A stretch of 62,979 nucleotides of DNA from Spirochaetota bacterium (GTDB lineage: Bacteria; Spirochaetota; Spirochaetia; Treponematales; UBA12059): NCBI GenBank assembly GCA_020048755.1, contig JAIFMD010000029.1, forward strand, positions 1-62,979, given 5' to 3'. The position numbers and the translations under genes were made by a program. Below are positions 51,135 to 61,789 of this stretch, in pieces (position 1 is the first letter of the stretch; every line of letters starts with the position of its first letter). The notes under the pieces are model-generated. The model searched no databases and had not been told where the DNA came from. It worked only from the letters and a program-made list of their open reading frames with translations.

Positions 51135-52661
51135 TCAGTTAGACTGGATGAAGAACTGCGTGAAAGCCGCGATGAAATTGTCTTCGAGCGCAGGATCCTT
51201 CAGTACGGCTGCCGCCAGTTCGTCGGAAATGCTCTGCTGCACGACTGTGGGATAGTACGCTTCGAGCAGGCCGAGTTCGCCTTCGTCGGCAGTCTTGATT
51301 TCCTTGACCCTTACTACGATGGCATTGTCGTTGAGGACCAGTGGCGCAGAAACCTTGCCGGCTTCAAGGGAGAATACAGCCGTCAGGAAACTATCGCTGG
51401 AGTCCGCTCCGTTGAGTTCCGGAAGATCGGTGGTATCGAGGGCACCGAGCAGGGAGAAATAACCAACGTCCAGGGCCTTGCCGTAATTGAGCGGGAAAGG
51501 CTTGGTTTCCTTGACCGTATACCCGTTGGCGAGGGCGGTTGCGTTGAAATCGCTTCTCGCCGCGGCAGCAAACTTGTCGGCCATTGAAACTACCCAATCT
51601 TCGATACGTCCCTTTTCATTCCTGTTCAGGTAATCGGAAACGGATTTGATTAGGTCTGCGGATGCGTAATCCGGATCTACGGCCAGTTCTTCTATGCGGT
51701 AGAACGACCAGGATCCGGTGAAGGTTTCGTAGACGGGAGAAATGGCACCCTTGGCGAGGCTTAGCACGGCATCCAGATCGGTTGCGTTTTTAAGTTCGCC
51801 CTTGAGTTCCCAGACAAAGCGTGAACCCATGTCGCCACCTTTCGTGGCAAATTCATCCTTGGAATGGTTCTTGGCTGATTCTTCAAAGGACAATGAACCA
51901 GAGTTAACCTTTGCCAGTACCTGCTCGGCTTCCTTCAGGGAGGCCGAGATGGTAACCTTTGACAGCCTGACTCGCTTGAACGAGGCTGGATTGGCCCTGG
52001 CGTATGCAATTCGTTCTTCGTCTGGGTAGACAGAGAACGGAATGGCTACATATTCAATGATGCGCTGGGACTGCGCCATGGCCTTGAGAAAGGCTGTTTC
52101 AGCCTTGCTCGGGGTAAAGGCAACGGCGTCGGCAATGTAACGGTTTTTCAACGTTGTTGCTTCAATCTCCTTGCGGAGAGAGAGCTTGAACGTATTGGTC
52201 GCATCCCGGTATTTGCGCCTGGAGAAGGCCCCGTTTTCCTGAAAGGCCGCACTCAGCGTGATCTGCTTGTCGATGTACGATTCACTGACCGCGATGCCGG
52301 CTTTCTGGGCGTAATCAAGCAAGGCATAATGGACAGCCGTATTCTCGAAGGCCCGTCGCCACACCTGATAGGCAAAGAACTGGTCGCCGGTATCCCTGTA
52401 GCCCTGTTGTTCAAGCTGGGCCTTGATCTGCTGTACCTGTGTTGAAAAATATCCACCCTGTACAAATGCGATAGGCTTTCCGTTCCATGATCCAAACGTC
52501 ATGTCGGTACCGGAACTGGCGCTGCCAGCGGCCGGTACGAAAACGAAGGCCACTATCGTAATGACGAGCAAGACTATGGTGCCGATATAGATGAATGGGT
52601 TGCCTTTTCGGCGTTTCTCGCCTGATTCGGGCTTTGCGTGCTTGTCGTTGGTGGTTGCCAT
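51135..52661 (-). CDS. PpiD/SurA-like periplasmic chaperone with a parvulin PPIase domain
   Basis: N-terminal anchor 'FIYIGTIVLLVITIVAFVFV'. Parvulin-like 'LKEAEQVLAKVNSGSLSFEESAKNHSKDEFATKGGDMG'. Confidence 0.7.
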   Translation of the reverse strand: MATTNDKHAKPESGEKRRKGNPFIYIGTIVLLVITIVAFVFVPAAGSASSGTDMTFGSWNGKPIAFVQGGYFSTQVQQIKAQLEQQGYRDTGDQFFAYQVWRRAFENTAVHYALLDYAQKAGIAVSESYIDKQITLSAAFQENGAFSRRKYRDATNTFKLSLRKEIEATTLKNRYIADAVAFTPSKAETAFLKAMAQSQRIIEYVAIPFSVYPDEERIAYARANPASFKRVRLSKVTISASLKEAEQVLAKVNSGSLSFEESAKNHSKDEFATKGGDMGSRFVWELKGELKNATDLDAVLSLAKGAISPVYETFTGSWSFYRIEELAVDPDYASADLIKSVSDYLNRNEKGRIEDWVVSMADKFAAAARSDFNATALANGYTVKETKPFPLNYGKALDVGYFSLLGALDTTDLPELNGADSSDSFLTAVFSLEAGKVSAPLVLNDNAIVVRVKEIKTADEGELGLLEAYYPTVVQQSISDELAAAVLKDPALEDNFIAAFTQFFIQSN

Positions 52662-52807
52662 CGAAACCTTCCTGGATTTGTGAGAGATGCTGGATCTATC
52701 GTTTTACCGAACAAGACGATACGTTGTATGTAGAAATCCTGTGATCCAAAACGCGCAAAAACATAACACGGTGGCATGGTCATGTCAATCGAGTGGGCTC
52801 CCCGGTG

Positions 52808-55003
52808 TCATTCCTCAGGTTCTGAAGAGAATGCGTAGGCGTTCTTGGCAATGTGCTTTACGCCATACATTGCGGCGTCGGCCTTGTTGACGAGTTCCTC
52901 TATGGCATCGCCATCGTCCGGGAATACCGATATCCCCATGGACATGCCGAGTGTGCGAGATGTTCCCGAGAACGAGAGCGGTACGGAGCACTCGCTTATG
53001 ATTTTTTTGGCTACCCGTTCAATATCGTCCCGGCTTTTTACATTGGTCACGACAGCGACGAACTCATCGCCTCCAATTCTCGCCACGATATCCGAGGCCC
53101 TGACCAGTCCCCGCAGGCGTTCTGAAATGGCGACCAGCGCACTGTCGCCGGCAGCGTGTCCGTGGATGTCGTTGATAGGCTTGAAATCGTCCAGGTCGAT
53201 GAATACCACGCCGACTTTTCCATTGGTCCGCCGTGCCGTTTCAACCGTCTTGACCATCAGTTCGAACAGGAGCCTGCGATTGGGCAAGCCCGTAAGTGAA
53301 TCGTGATTGGCCAGATGGCTTATCTTCAGCGTCGCCCGTTCAAGCCTGCGCTTCTCGTCAGACAAGGCACTGTTCAGGTCTTCGAGCCTGTCATGGATTA
53401 TGGCATTTTCCACGGCTATGCCGACATAGGGTGCGAGTGCTTCGAGGAAGGACAGGTGATTGGGTGCGTAGGCCCGGGGCTTGTAGTTCTGGATAGTCAT
53501 GACACCAATCGCACGGTCTTCTATGGCCAGAGGCATGCACACAACAGATTGGGACGAGCGGCCAAACGTCGCAGAGGGTTTTGACAGGTATTTGCCGTAT
53601 TCAAGGTCTTTTTCCGCAATCAGTACCGGCTTGCGGTTTTTGAAGGCCCATACGGCAAAACTGCTGTCAGAATCCAGATTGATCCTGTATTCGTTTTTCC
53701 TTGCATCATCTTCGTAGAAGCGCTTGTACACGAGTTGGCCATGATCCGGATCGTGGAGGGCTATACCGAACATGTCCATGTCCAGGAATGGCTTGAGGCA
53801 GTCGTAGACGGTCTGGACTACCATGTTGAAGTCCAGGCTTGCCGTTATGCGCCGGCCTATCGTCGAGATCGAGGTGATCTGGCGATTGATATCGACGAGC
53901 GCATCTGTTTTTTCCTTGAGGTCGATATTGCGCAACCGGTATATCTCGGCTTCCTGCCGGGCTCGCTCCATCTCTGATTGTGTCTGGATGCTGCGGAGCT
54001 TGTTGGCGGTTTCTTCTCGCTGGGCCTGGGCCTTGAAGTCGGCAAATCTCTTGAAGTACACAAGGGCCTGTTCGTACTCTCCGAGAGCCTCATACGACTT
54101 TGAGATCTGTTCGTGCGCCTTGAAAAGTTTGCTTTTAAGGTTGATACCCTGGCAAAGCCGCTCGGCCTCCAGCAGGATGCCGAGTGCTTCCCGCGCATTG
54201 CCCGTATCGTTGAGCACGGATGCCTGTACGATGAGGATGCTTGCCCGCTGGCTCAGGTTGCCGGTTTTTGCCGCAAGCTCGAGTCCTTTGATGACGAGCG
54301 TTTCAGCCTCTGTGGGATTGTTGCTGGCTATGGCAATGTTGGCCAGGGTCTCGAGGCCATCGGTTGCCATGATGGTCTCATCCGCAGCCAGGGCCATTTC
54401 GTAGGATTTCCTGGTGAATTCGGCTGCCATGACCAGGTTGTCCATCTCGAGGAAGGCCACTCCGATGTTTCTGAGGCAATCGGCAACGACCTCGGTATCC
54501 ATCCCGGCAGTCATCCTTCCGTAGGCCTGGATGAGGTAGTCCAGCGCCTGCTGCGGATTGCCCAGCTCCAGACACACTTCGCCGATGTTGGCCATGGCTA
54601 TGAGTTCCCGGTCAACCAGGCCGTTGGCCCTGGCGACATTCAGGCTTCTGGTATAGAAATCTATTGATTTGTCCAGCCTGAAGACGAATTGATGGTATAC
54701 GCCAAACGCATTGAGGGTTCTGCAGGTACCCATGATATCGCCAAGCGCCTCATACAGGCGGTTGGCCTCGTTGAACGATCCAAAGGCTTCCGGCATGCGG
54801 GAGAGGTAGTAATTGGCCCAGCCAATGTTCAGGTGCGCATCAGCCTGACCTTTGGTGTATCCGATGCTCAGGGCCGAGGACAAGGCTCGCTCGGCTTCTT
54901 CAAGCGATGATTGAGGATTCTCTATTGTCGAATTCCACGCCCGTTCATTTGCAGCATCAACTGCCAGGACGCTATCGTCGTTCATCGCAGCCTCTGGAAT
55001 CAT
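52808..55003 (-). CDS. TPR-GAF-GGDEF diguanylate cyclase
   Basis: The N-terminal ~330 aa are TPR-like, followed by a coiled coil and a GAF-like region. GGDEF domain: 'HDSLTGLPNRR...FIDLDDFKPINDIHGHAAGD...RIGGDEFV'. Confidence 0.85.
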   Translation of the reverse strand: MIPEAAMNDDSVLAVDAANERAWNSTIENPQSSLEEAERALSSALSIGYTKGQADAHLNIGWANYYLSRMPEAFGSFNEANRLYEALGDIMGTCRTLNAFGVYHQFVFRLDKSIDFYTRSLNVARANGLVDRELIAMANIGEVCLELGNPQQALDYLIQAYGRMTAGMDTEVVADCLRNIGVAFLEMDNLVMAAEFTRKSYEMALAADETIMATDGLETLANIAIASNNPTEAETLVIKGLELAAKTGNLSQRASILIVQASVLNDTGNAREALGILLEAERLCQGINLKSKLFKAHEQISKSYEALGEYEQALVYFKRFADFKAQAQREETANKLRSIQTQSEMERARQEAEIYRLRNIDLKEKTDALVDINRQITSISTIGRRITASLDFNMVVQTVYDCLKPFLDMDMFGIALHDPDHGQLVYKRFYEDDARKNEYRINLDSDSSFAVWAFKNRKPVLIAEKDLEYGKYLSKPSATFGRSSQSVVCMPLAIEDRAIGVMTIQNYKPRAYAPNHLSFLEALAPYVGIAVENAIIHDRLEDLNSALSDEKRRLERATLKISHLANHDSLTGLPNRRLLFELMVKTVETARRTNGKVGVVFIDLDDFKPINDIHGHAAGDSALVAISERLRGLVRASDIVARIGGDEFVAVVTNVKSRDDIERVAKKIISECSVPLSFSGTSRTLGMSMGISVFPDDGDAIEELVNKADAAMYGVKHIAKNAYAFSSEPEE

Positions 55004-55126
55004 AATTGAGTAAAATTGTTCCTGATCCTCTCGATCAACTATATTCTAGCATAGTATTCATGGTACAAGGAGCCAAGTTGCGCACTATGATCATACGAAG
55101 CTCCATTCGATGCAAGGGGTAGGCTC

Positions 55127-55654
55127 ATGGGTATCGTTACAAAAACTGGTGATGATGGACTGACGGGGCTCTGGTCAGGCGAGCGCGTACGCAAGGACGA
55201 TCTCCGGGTCGAGGCGTATGGTACCATCGATGAACTGGACTCGGTGCTCGGTGAAGCCAAACACTGGCTCAAGCGAGACGATTGCCGGAACATAGTAGAG
55301 GAGATACAGAAAGACCTGTACCGGCTTGCCGGGCAGCTTGCCACACGTACCGGTGCGTTTGCGCTGCCTATAACTGAACAGGATGAACAGCGACTCGGCG
55401 CTTATGTAGACCGCTACGAAGCCGAAATACCGCTTGCCGGTTTTGTCATACCCGGCTCCAATGTGCAGTCGGCCAAGCTCGACATTGCCAGGACGGTCTG
55501 CAGGCGGGCAGAGCGCAGGATAGTGGCGCTGGCCTGGGATGCCGACGTGCCAGCCCCCCTGCGCCGCTACGTCAACCGGCTCTCTGACCTGCTGTTCATG
55601 CTGGCGCGTGCCGAAGAAAGCTCGGATGGCGGTATCGTGTACGCGAAGGGCTGA
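55127..55654 (+). CDS. PduO-type ATP:cob(I)alamin adenosyltransferase
   Basis: 'TKTGDDGLTGLWSGERVRKDDLRVEAYGTIDELDSVLG' and 'FVIPGSN...ARTVCRRAER'. Confidence 0.85.
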   Translation: MGIVTKTGDDGLTGLWSGERVRKDDLRVEAYGTIDELDSVLGEAKHWLKRDDCRNIVEEIQKDLYRLAGQLATRTGAFALPITEQDEQRLGAYVDRYEAEIPLAGFVIPGSNVQSAKLDIARTVCRRAERRIVALAWDADVPAPLRRYVNRLSDLLFMLARAEESSDGGIVYAKG

Positions 55655-55666
55655 GAGGGGCTGTCC

Positions 55667-56881
55667 TCAATCGATCAGGTCGTCGTCGCCTTCCAAAACC
55701 AGATCCCCGGCCTCCCAGCGCTTCTTGTAGAAGTCTATGAACGACTTGGTTGCCTTGTCCGCCTCGTCCCGCCTGACCGTACCCATGATTTCATACTCCT
55801 CAAGTACCATGGTCCGCTTTCCCTGGGATACATTCGACAGGATCTTGTCCCTGAATGCCTGGCTCTTGCCCTTGAGCACGAGCGCAATATCCCGTTCTGA
55901 CAGGTCCCGCAGGCCTTTCTGCATGTCGCGGTTTGCGACCCGCAGGACGTCATCCGCGGTGAACAAGCGCTCGCGGATATCCTGCGACAGGGTTGGATTG
56001 TCTTCTTCTATACCGGACAGGATGGTGCCTTCAAGCCCTCCGTCGACATGCTTGAGGATGCCGGCAAGTACCGCCGCCCCATCGATACGCTCGCCCGAGT
56101 CGACCCGGCCTATCTTTGCGGCCTTGTCCCGCAGTACCGCTTCTACGCGCTCTATGACGTCCGGTGAACTGCGGTCGAGTCTGGCGATACGCTGTATGAC
56201 GTCCGAGCGGGTAGGCTTTGATAGTTCTGAAATGACGCCTGAAGCCAGCTTTGCGTCTATGTAGGGCAGGATCATGGCAATCATCTGCGGTGATTCGTCC
56301 TTGAACAGTACCAGGAGCTGGCGCGCATCAAAGTCGTTGAGGAACGAGAATGGTTTTCTGGATTCAGGTACGGCCTTGCGGAATACTTCCCGGGCCCGTT
56401 CCGCGCCAAAGGCGGCGGCGAGCATGCTCTCGGCAATCTCAGGCCCGCCTTCGAGACTGGCAGCCTGCGTTTTGGCCAGCCAGCCAAATTCGGTGAGTAT
56501 TTCGTTGGCTTCGACGGTGTCTATGCGGTCAATGCGCGCTATTTCACGCGAGACTTTCTCGATTTCATCCGGTTTCAGGTGGCGGATGACATTTGCGGCT
56601 TCGTCCCGGCCCAGGAGGAGCAGGAATTTGGCCGCCTTCTCTATGCCCGGCTTGCCTGTCTTGAGGTAGTTTTCAGAGGCTGCGACCGCCCTGGCGTCAA
56701 GGTTCCGCGGTTTCAGCGATGACGGGCGGGCTTCCGTCTTTGCCGGAGCTGTACCACGGGATTCCGGGTTCCGCGGCGCAATGGGTCTTCCGGGCGTGGC
56801 TGGCTTGGTATCGTCCTTGGGTTCGTCTTTGGTGCCGACGCCATAGGCTTGGCCGAGTCTTCGCTTTATATCCATGGGCAA
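55667..56881 (-). CDS. fliG: Flagellar motor switch protein FliG paralogue with a ~70-aa basic, low-complexity N-terminal extension (FliG1-like)
   Basis: 'AAKFLLLLGRDEAANVIRHLKPDEIEKVSREIA', 'PQMIAMILPYIDAKLASGVISEL' and 'LKGKSQAFRDKILSNVSQGKRTMVLEE'. Confidence 0.8.
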   Translation of the reverse strand: MPMDIKRRLGQAYGVGTKDEPKDDTKPATPGRPIAPRNPESRGTAPAKTEARPSSLKPRNLDARAVAASENYLKTGKPGIEKAAKFLLLLGRDEAANVIRHLKPDEIEKVSREIARIDRIDTVEANEILTEFGWLAKTQAASLEGGPEIAESMLAAAFGAERAREVFRKAVPESRKPFSFLNDFDARQLLVLFKDESPQMIAMILPYIDAKLASGVISELSKPTRSDVIQRIARLDRSSPDVIERVEAVLRDKAAKIGRVDSGERIDGAAVLAGILKHVDGGLEGTILSGIEEDNPTLSQDIRERLFTADDVLRVANRDMQKGLRDLSERDIALVLKGKSQAFRDKILSNVSQGKRTMVLEEYEIMGTVRRDEADKATKSFIDFYKKRWEAGDLVLEGDDDLID

Positions 56882-57029
56882 TTATAGTATCCGGCGTTGG
56901 CCCCGCGGTCAATGTGATACATAAACAACACGCAGACATTGGCGTTTTATCATCAGCCCTGTATATTTGTGGTGTTGCTTACAAATCATTGAATCGAGTG
57001 GAGGCATGAACCTTCACCGGAGGATGCAT

Positions 57030-58280
57030 ATGCGGCTTTATTCCCGTAGACAGCTGATCGTATCAATCATCACGTCCCTTGCCATCGGCCTGCTTGCCGC
57101 GGTCGGCTTCGGCTTCCTGCCTCTTGCCGGCCAGCAACCGCCTGCCGGGGAAAACGCCCGGACCATAGCCGATGCGCCTTCCGCAGTACCTGCTGCGAAC
57201 ACAGTACGGACGGTTGAGGCCGTACAGGTGCTGTCTGATGCCAGCGGAGGGTATTCACAGGATGAGAACGAGAACATCTCCGTCTACGAGCGGCTGAATT
57301 CCGGTGTCGTCAACATCACTACCGAGGTCGTGGCCATCAACTGGTTCCTCGAGCCGGTGCCCCAGCAGGGCGGTTCGGGCTCGGGTTCCATCATTGATGC
57401 ACGAGGCTATGTCCTGACCAACCACCATGTCATCAAGGATGCCTACAAGGTCTTCGTCAATCTGGCCGACGGCACGCGCATGGAAGGTAAAGTCATAGGT
57501 TCTGACCCCGAAAACGACCTCGCGGTCATCAAATTCGACCCTCCCAAGGGCATGGCACTTACCGTAGTGCCATATGGCGACAGTACCAACCTCAAGGTAG
57601 GCCAGAAGGTGCTGGCCATCGGCAATCCCTTTGGCCTGGAGCGCACGCTGACACGCGGCATCGTCTCCGGGTTGGGACGGCCCGTGCAGCAGGATGCCAA
57701 GACCATCATCCGTGACATGATACAGACCGACGCGTCCATCAACCCCGGCAATTCAGGCGGCCCGCTCCTGAACGCGCAGGGCGAGATAATCGGGGTCAAT
57801 ACGATGATCTATTCTCCCTCTGGCGGCTCTGTCGGCGTTGGTTTCGCGGTACCCGTGAATACAGCCAAACGCATCGTGCCGGACCTGATAAAGTTCGGCA
57901 TGGTCAAGCGTGGCTGGATAGATGCGGAATACGTACAGCTTTTTCCCGCGCTCATAGAATATATGAAGGAGAAGGGTGACTCGTTGCCCATAGACAAGGG
58001 GCTGCTTGTTTCTTCAACCAAAAAGGGAGGCAACGCAGACCGTTCCGGTGTCCGTGGGGGCACCACTCCCGTGCGCTACTATCAGAGTGTGTTCAACGTC
58101 GGTGGAGATGTGCTCGTTTCAGTCGATGGCATGGAAACAAGCTCACTGGCCGATCTGTATTCGGCGCTTGAGGACAACAAGCCCGGCAGCACCGTAAAGA
58201 TCCAGTACTACCGCGGCTCCAGGAAGCTTTCAGCGGATGTCGTGCTGTCCGACCGGGCTGAATACCTGGGCACCAAGTAA
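57030..58280 (+). CDS. htrA: HtrA/DegP-family serine protease with a PDZ domain
   Basis: Catalytic triad contexts 'TNHHVI', 'DLAVIK' and 'GNSGGPLL', plus a C-terminal PDZ domain. ATG 57030 lies 6 nt after 'ggagg'. Confidence 0.85.
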   Translation: MRLYSRRQLIVSIITSLAIGLLAAVGFGFLPLAGQQPPAGENARTIADAPSAVPAANTVRTVEAVQVLSDASGGYSQDENENISVYERLNSGVVNITTEVVAINWFLEPVPQQGGSGSGSIIDARGYVLTNHHVIKDAYKVFVNLADGTRMEGKVIGSDPENDLAVIKFDPPKGMALTVVPYGDSTNLKVGQKVLAIGNPFGLERTLTRGIVSGLGRPVQQDAKTIIRDMIQTDASINPGNSGGPLLNAQGEIIGVNTMIYSPSGGSVGVGFAVPVNTAKRIVPDLIKFGMVKRGWIDAEYVQLFPALIEYMKEKGDSLPIDKGLLVSSTKKGGNADRSGVRGGTTPVRYYQSVFNVGGDVLVSVDGMETSSLADLYSALEDNKPGSTVKIQYYRGSRKLSADVVLSDRAEYLGTK

Positions 58281-58284
58281 GGCT

Positions 58285-59751
58285 GTGGTTCAGGGCTTCC
58301 ATCTCTTCAAGGACGATGAGACGCCTCTGTATATCCAGGCCGCGGATGCCGTGCGTGCAAGAATCGCGGGCGGAGAATTCCGCCCGGGCGACAGGTTGCC
58401 TTCTGTGCGCGGCCTTTCAGACGAGCTGGGCGTCAATCCCGCCACCATTGTGGCGGCGTACCGCATCCTGACCAGGGAAGGCTACGTCGAGGCCAGGGCA
58501 GGTTCAGGCGCTTACGTTGCTGACGGCGCGCCGCTGGTTGATCTGCCCCTCACTACCGAGCCTGGCCGGGATCGTGGCGGTAGCCTGGCGCCTGAGTCAA
58601 AACGCCCGCTACCGGACAACAGTATTCCTGTCATCGACATGGCGGCAAATGCGCCGCCATTGGATCTGTTCCCGCTCGAGGACATGAAGCGCTTCATTGT
58701 AGAATCGATAGACGCCGATGGCGGCCGTGCCTTCGAGTACGAAGACACAGCCGGCTACCGGCCGCTTAAAACCGCCCTGGCGGCCCGCCTGGCCTACGGC
58801 CGCTCTGGTTCTTCAGCCGCCATCGACCCTGACGATGTGCACATCGTTTCGGGTGCCCAGCAGGGCATAGACCTGGCCGCCAGGGTGCTGCTCAGGCGTG
58901 GTGACGTGGCCGCCGTGGAATCTCCCGGCTACCGCGGCGCCAGGGATGCCTTCGTGGCAGCCGGCGCCAGGGTCGAAGCCGTGCCGCTCCTGTCTGACGG
59001 TCTCGACCTGCGGGCCCTCGAGCGCCTCGCCTCGTCCCGGCCGCTCAGGCTGGTACACATAAATCCAAGCTTCCAGAATCCCACCACGGTGGTCTACACC
59101 CAGGAACGGCGGGCAGAACTGGCGAATCTGGCCGATCGATATGGCTTCTACATCATAGAAGACGACCTGTTTTCAGACCTGGCCTGGGATGGTTCATTCA
59201 TACCCCCTGTCAGGTCTTTTGATGGCTCGGGCAGGGTAATATTCGTCAAAAGCTTCTCCAAGTCACTGATGCCGGGACTGCGCATCGCCTGTCTTGAGGC
59301 ACCTACGCAACTCCGGGAGCGCTTTGAGAGCGTCAAGCGTTCCATAGACATTTCGTCCAACGGCCTCATGCAGCGGGTGCTGGAACGATTCCTGTCCAGC
59401 GGCCGCTTTGACGAGCACGTAGCGGCCGCACGGAAGCGCTACCGCGGAGCCTGCGAGGATTTTTCGGCCGCGCTGGCAACCTGCCGGGCTGCGGGGCTTT
59501 CCTGGACGCAGCCGCAGGGGGGCATCAACCTGTGGCTGGCTTTGCCCGCCGGTGTCGTGGCACGGCAGTTTGTCGCTGAATGCCTGGCTGGAGGCTGTGT
59601 GCTGGTGCCGGAATCATCCTTCCGGTATGAGCCGGCCCTTGACCCCGTCGGCGATGCCCATGTCCGCGTCAGCTTTGGTTCGGTCCCCGCCAGATTGCTC
59701 GGGCCAGCCGCCAGCATCATCTGTGCCGCCGCCGGCAGGATCAGCGGCTAG
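58285..59751 (+). CDS. MocR/PdxR-type regulator (GntR HTH + aminotransferase-like domain)
   Basis: 'LYIQAADAVRARIAGGEFRPGDRLPSVRGLSDELGVNPATIVAAYRIL' is a GntR winged HTH. 'SFSKSLMPGLRIA' is the PLP-Lys motif. A GTG start at 58285 is inferred; ATG 58237 would overlap htrA. Confidence 0.75.
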   Translation: MVQGFHLFKDDETPLYIQAADAVRARIAGGEFRPGDRLPSVRGLSDELGVNPATIVAAYRILTREGYVEARAGSGAYVADGAPLVDLPLTTEPGRDRGGSLAPESKRPLPDNSIPVIDMAANAPPLDLFPLEDMKRFIVESIDADGGRAFEYEDTAGYRPLKTALAARLAYGRSGSSAAIDPDDVHIVSGAQQGIDLAARVLLRRGDVAAVESPGYRGARDAFVAAGARVEAVPLLSDGLDLRALERLASSRPLRLVHINPSFQNPTTVVYTQERRAELANLADRYGFYIIEDDLFSDLAWDGSFIPPVRSFDGSGRVIFVKSFSKSLMPGLRIACLEAPTQLRERFESVKRSIDISSNGLMQRVLERFLSSGRFDEHVAAARKRYRGACEDFSAALATCRAAGLSWTQPQGGINLWLALPAGVVARQFVAECLAGGCVLVPESSFRYEPALDPVGDAHVRVSFGSVPARLLGPAASIICAAAGRISG

Positions 59752-59800
59752 AATCGTTTTATCACTTTCCGTGCACTGCGCGGGAGGCTATACTGGCTGT

Positions 59801-61789
59801 ATGAAACCATTCAGAGTCGTAGCTCCCTTTGTGCCGGCCGGAGATCAACCGCAAGCCATAGCTGCCCTTGCTTCTGGAATCAGCTCTGGTGACAGGTTCC
59901 AGACCCTGAAGGGCGTTACTGGTTCAGGCAAGACGTTTACGATGGCCAAGGTGATAGAAGCTGTCCAGAAGCCCACCCTCATCGTCAGCCACAACAAGAC
60001 CCTGTCCGCCCAGCTGTTCCGCGAGTTCAAGGATTTTTTCCCTGACAACGCCGTGGAGTACTTCGTCTCGTATTACGACTACTACCAGCCCGAAGCCTAC
60101 GTGCCGACGCGTGACCTCTATATAGAAAAGGACGCTGACATCAACCAGGAAATTGAGCGGCACCGGCTCTCCGCGACGCGCAGCCTCATGGAACGGCGCG
60201 ACGTCATCATCGTCGCGACCGTGTCCTGCATCTATGGCCTGGCCACGCCCGAGGTCTACCGTGAGATGAAGGTTGACGCCGTGGTGGGCGAGGAGCTCGA
60301 TCCGGAGGCCTTCAAGCGTGAACTCATAACGCTGCAGTACGAGCGCAACGACGCGGTGCTCGACCGTGGCCGTTTCAGGGTTCGTGGCGATGTCATCGAG
60401 GTATACCCGGCTTACGCCAAGGAGGCGTACCGTCTGGAACTCGATTTTGACACGGTCAGGCGCATACGCCGCTTTGACCCGGTTTCTGGCAACATCCTTG
60501 AAGAACTTGATGCTGCCGTCATCTATCCGGCCAAACAGTTCGTCATGCCGGAAACGATGGTACAGCGTGCCCTTGCCGGCATCAAGGCCGAACTTGCGGA
60601 ACGGTACGAGGAACTGCAGTCACAGAAGAAGATAGTAGAGGCACAACGCCTGAAGACCCGCGTCGAGTACGACATAGAACTGCTCGAGGAAATGGGGTAC
60701 TGCCCCGGCATAGAGAATTATTCCGGCCCGTTGTCAGGCCGGGCCAGGGGACAGCGGCCTTCGGTGCTTCTTGACTACTTTCCAGACGACTTCCTCACGT
60801 TCATCGACGAGTCACATGTAAGCCTGCCCCAGATAGGTGCCATGTACGCAGGCGACCGCTCCCGCAAGCAGAACCTGGTTGATTACGGATTCCGCCTGCC
60901 CTGCGCCATGGACAACCGCCCGCTCAAGTTTGACGAATTCGAAACGCTGACCAAGCGGGTCGTCTACGTCTCGGCGACACCTGGTGTCACTGAAACAACA
61001 AAGAGCGCCCGCATTGTCGAACAGATGATACGGCCTACCGGCCTCGTCGATCCGATAATCGTCGTGCGGCCCAGCGAGGGGCAGATGGAAGACATCTACA
61101 CGGAGATCAAGAAGCGCAACGCGCTTGGCGAGCGGAGCTTGATACTTACCCTTACCAAGCGCATGGCCGAAGAGTTGTCCGAATACCTGGCCTCGCTATC
61201 GCTGAAGGTGCGCTACATCCACAGCGAGGTTGAGACCATAGAGCGCGTGGAGATTCTTACGCAACTGCGCACTGGTGAATACGATGTGCTGGTCGGCATA
61301 AACCTGCTGCGCGAGGGTATCGACCTTCCTGAAGTTTCGTTCATAGCAATACTCGATGCCGACAAGATAGGCTTCCTGCGGTCAGCAACCAGCCTCGTGC
61401 AGATCATAGGACGAGCGGCCCGCAACGCTGCCGGTATCGTCGTCATGTACGCGGACAGGATGTCAGATGCCATGCGTATCGCGATAGACGAGACAAACCG
61501 CCGCCGCGCCATCCAGATGGCCTACAACACCGAACATGGCATAACGCCGACGACCATAAAGAAGGCCATCCACGACATCCTCGAGCGCCACAAGGAAGAA
61601 AAGCAGCAGGCCCTTGGCACGGAACTGGAGACTATCAAGAGCGCGTACAACCTGCTGGTGCCTGAACAGAAGTCCGCCCTTATAAAGCGGCTTGAGCGCG
61701 AAATGCTCGAGAAGGCCAAGAACCTTGAGTTTGAAGCGGCAGCCATACTCCGCGACGAGATAGAGCGCATAAAGACGGGTGAATCATGA
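59801..61789 (+). CDS. uvrB: Excinuclease ABC subunit B
   Basis: 'GVTGSGKTFT', 'YYDYYQPEAY', 'DESH', 'INLLREGIDLPEVS' and the C-terminal UVR motif 'LEFEAAAILRDEI'. Confidence 0.95.
   Translation: MKPFRVVAPFVPAGDQPQAIAALASGISSGDRFQTLKGVTGSGKTFTMAKVIEAVQKPTLIVSHNKTLSAQLFREFKDFFPDNAVEYFVSYYDYYQPEAYVPTRDLYIEKDADINQEIERHRLSATRSLMERRDVIIVATVSCIYGLATPEVYREMKVDAVVGEELDPEAFKRELITLQYERNDAVLDRGRFRVRGDVIEVYPAYAKEAYRLELDFDTVRRIRRFDPVSGNILEELDAAVIYPAKQFVMPETMVQRALAGIKAELAERYEELQSQKKIVEAQRLKTRVEYDIELLEEMGYCPGIENYSGPLSGRARGQRPSVLLDYFPDDFLTFIDESHVSLPQIGAMYAGDRSRKQNLVDYGFRLPCAMDNRPLKFDEFETLTKRVVYVSATPGVTETTKSARIVEQMIRPTGLVDPIIVVRPSEGQMEDIYTEIKKRNALGERSLILTLTKRMAEELSEYLASLSLKVRYIHSEVETIERVEILTQLRTGEYDVLVGINLLREGIDLPEVSFIAILDADKIGFLRSATSLVQIIGRAARNAAGIVVMYADRMSDAMRIAIDETNRRRAIQMAYNTEHGITPTTIKKAIHDILERHKEEKQQALGTELETIKSAYNLLVPEQKSALIKRLEREMLEKAKNLEFEAAAILRDEIERIKTGES

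Noticed and set aside
59552-59800. A 5' extension of uvrB overlapping the MocR gene. There are similar extensions at 3890-3973, 36116-36265, 37615-37845, 32553-32798, 17883-18095 and 14568-14720.
   Set aside because: Each extension overlaps the well-supported upstream gene in another frame and has Arg/Pro-rich composition. Internal ATG or GTG codons with an SD sequence or ATGA/TTGA coupling fit the conserved N-termini.
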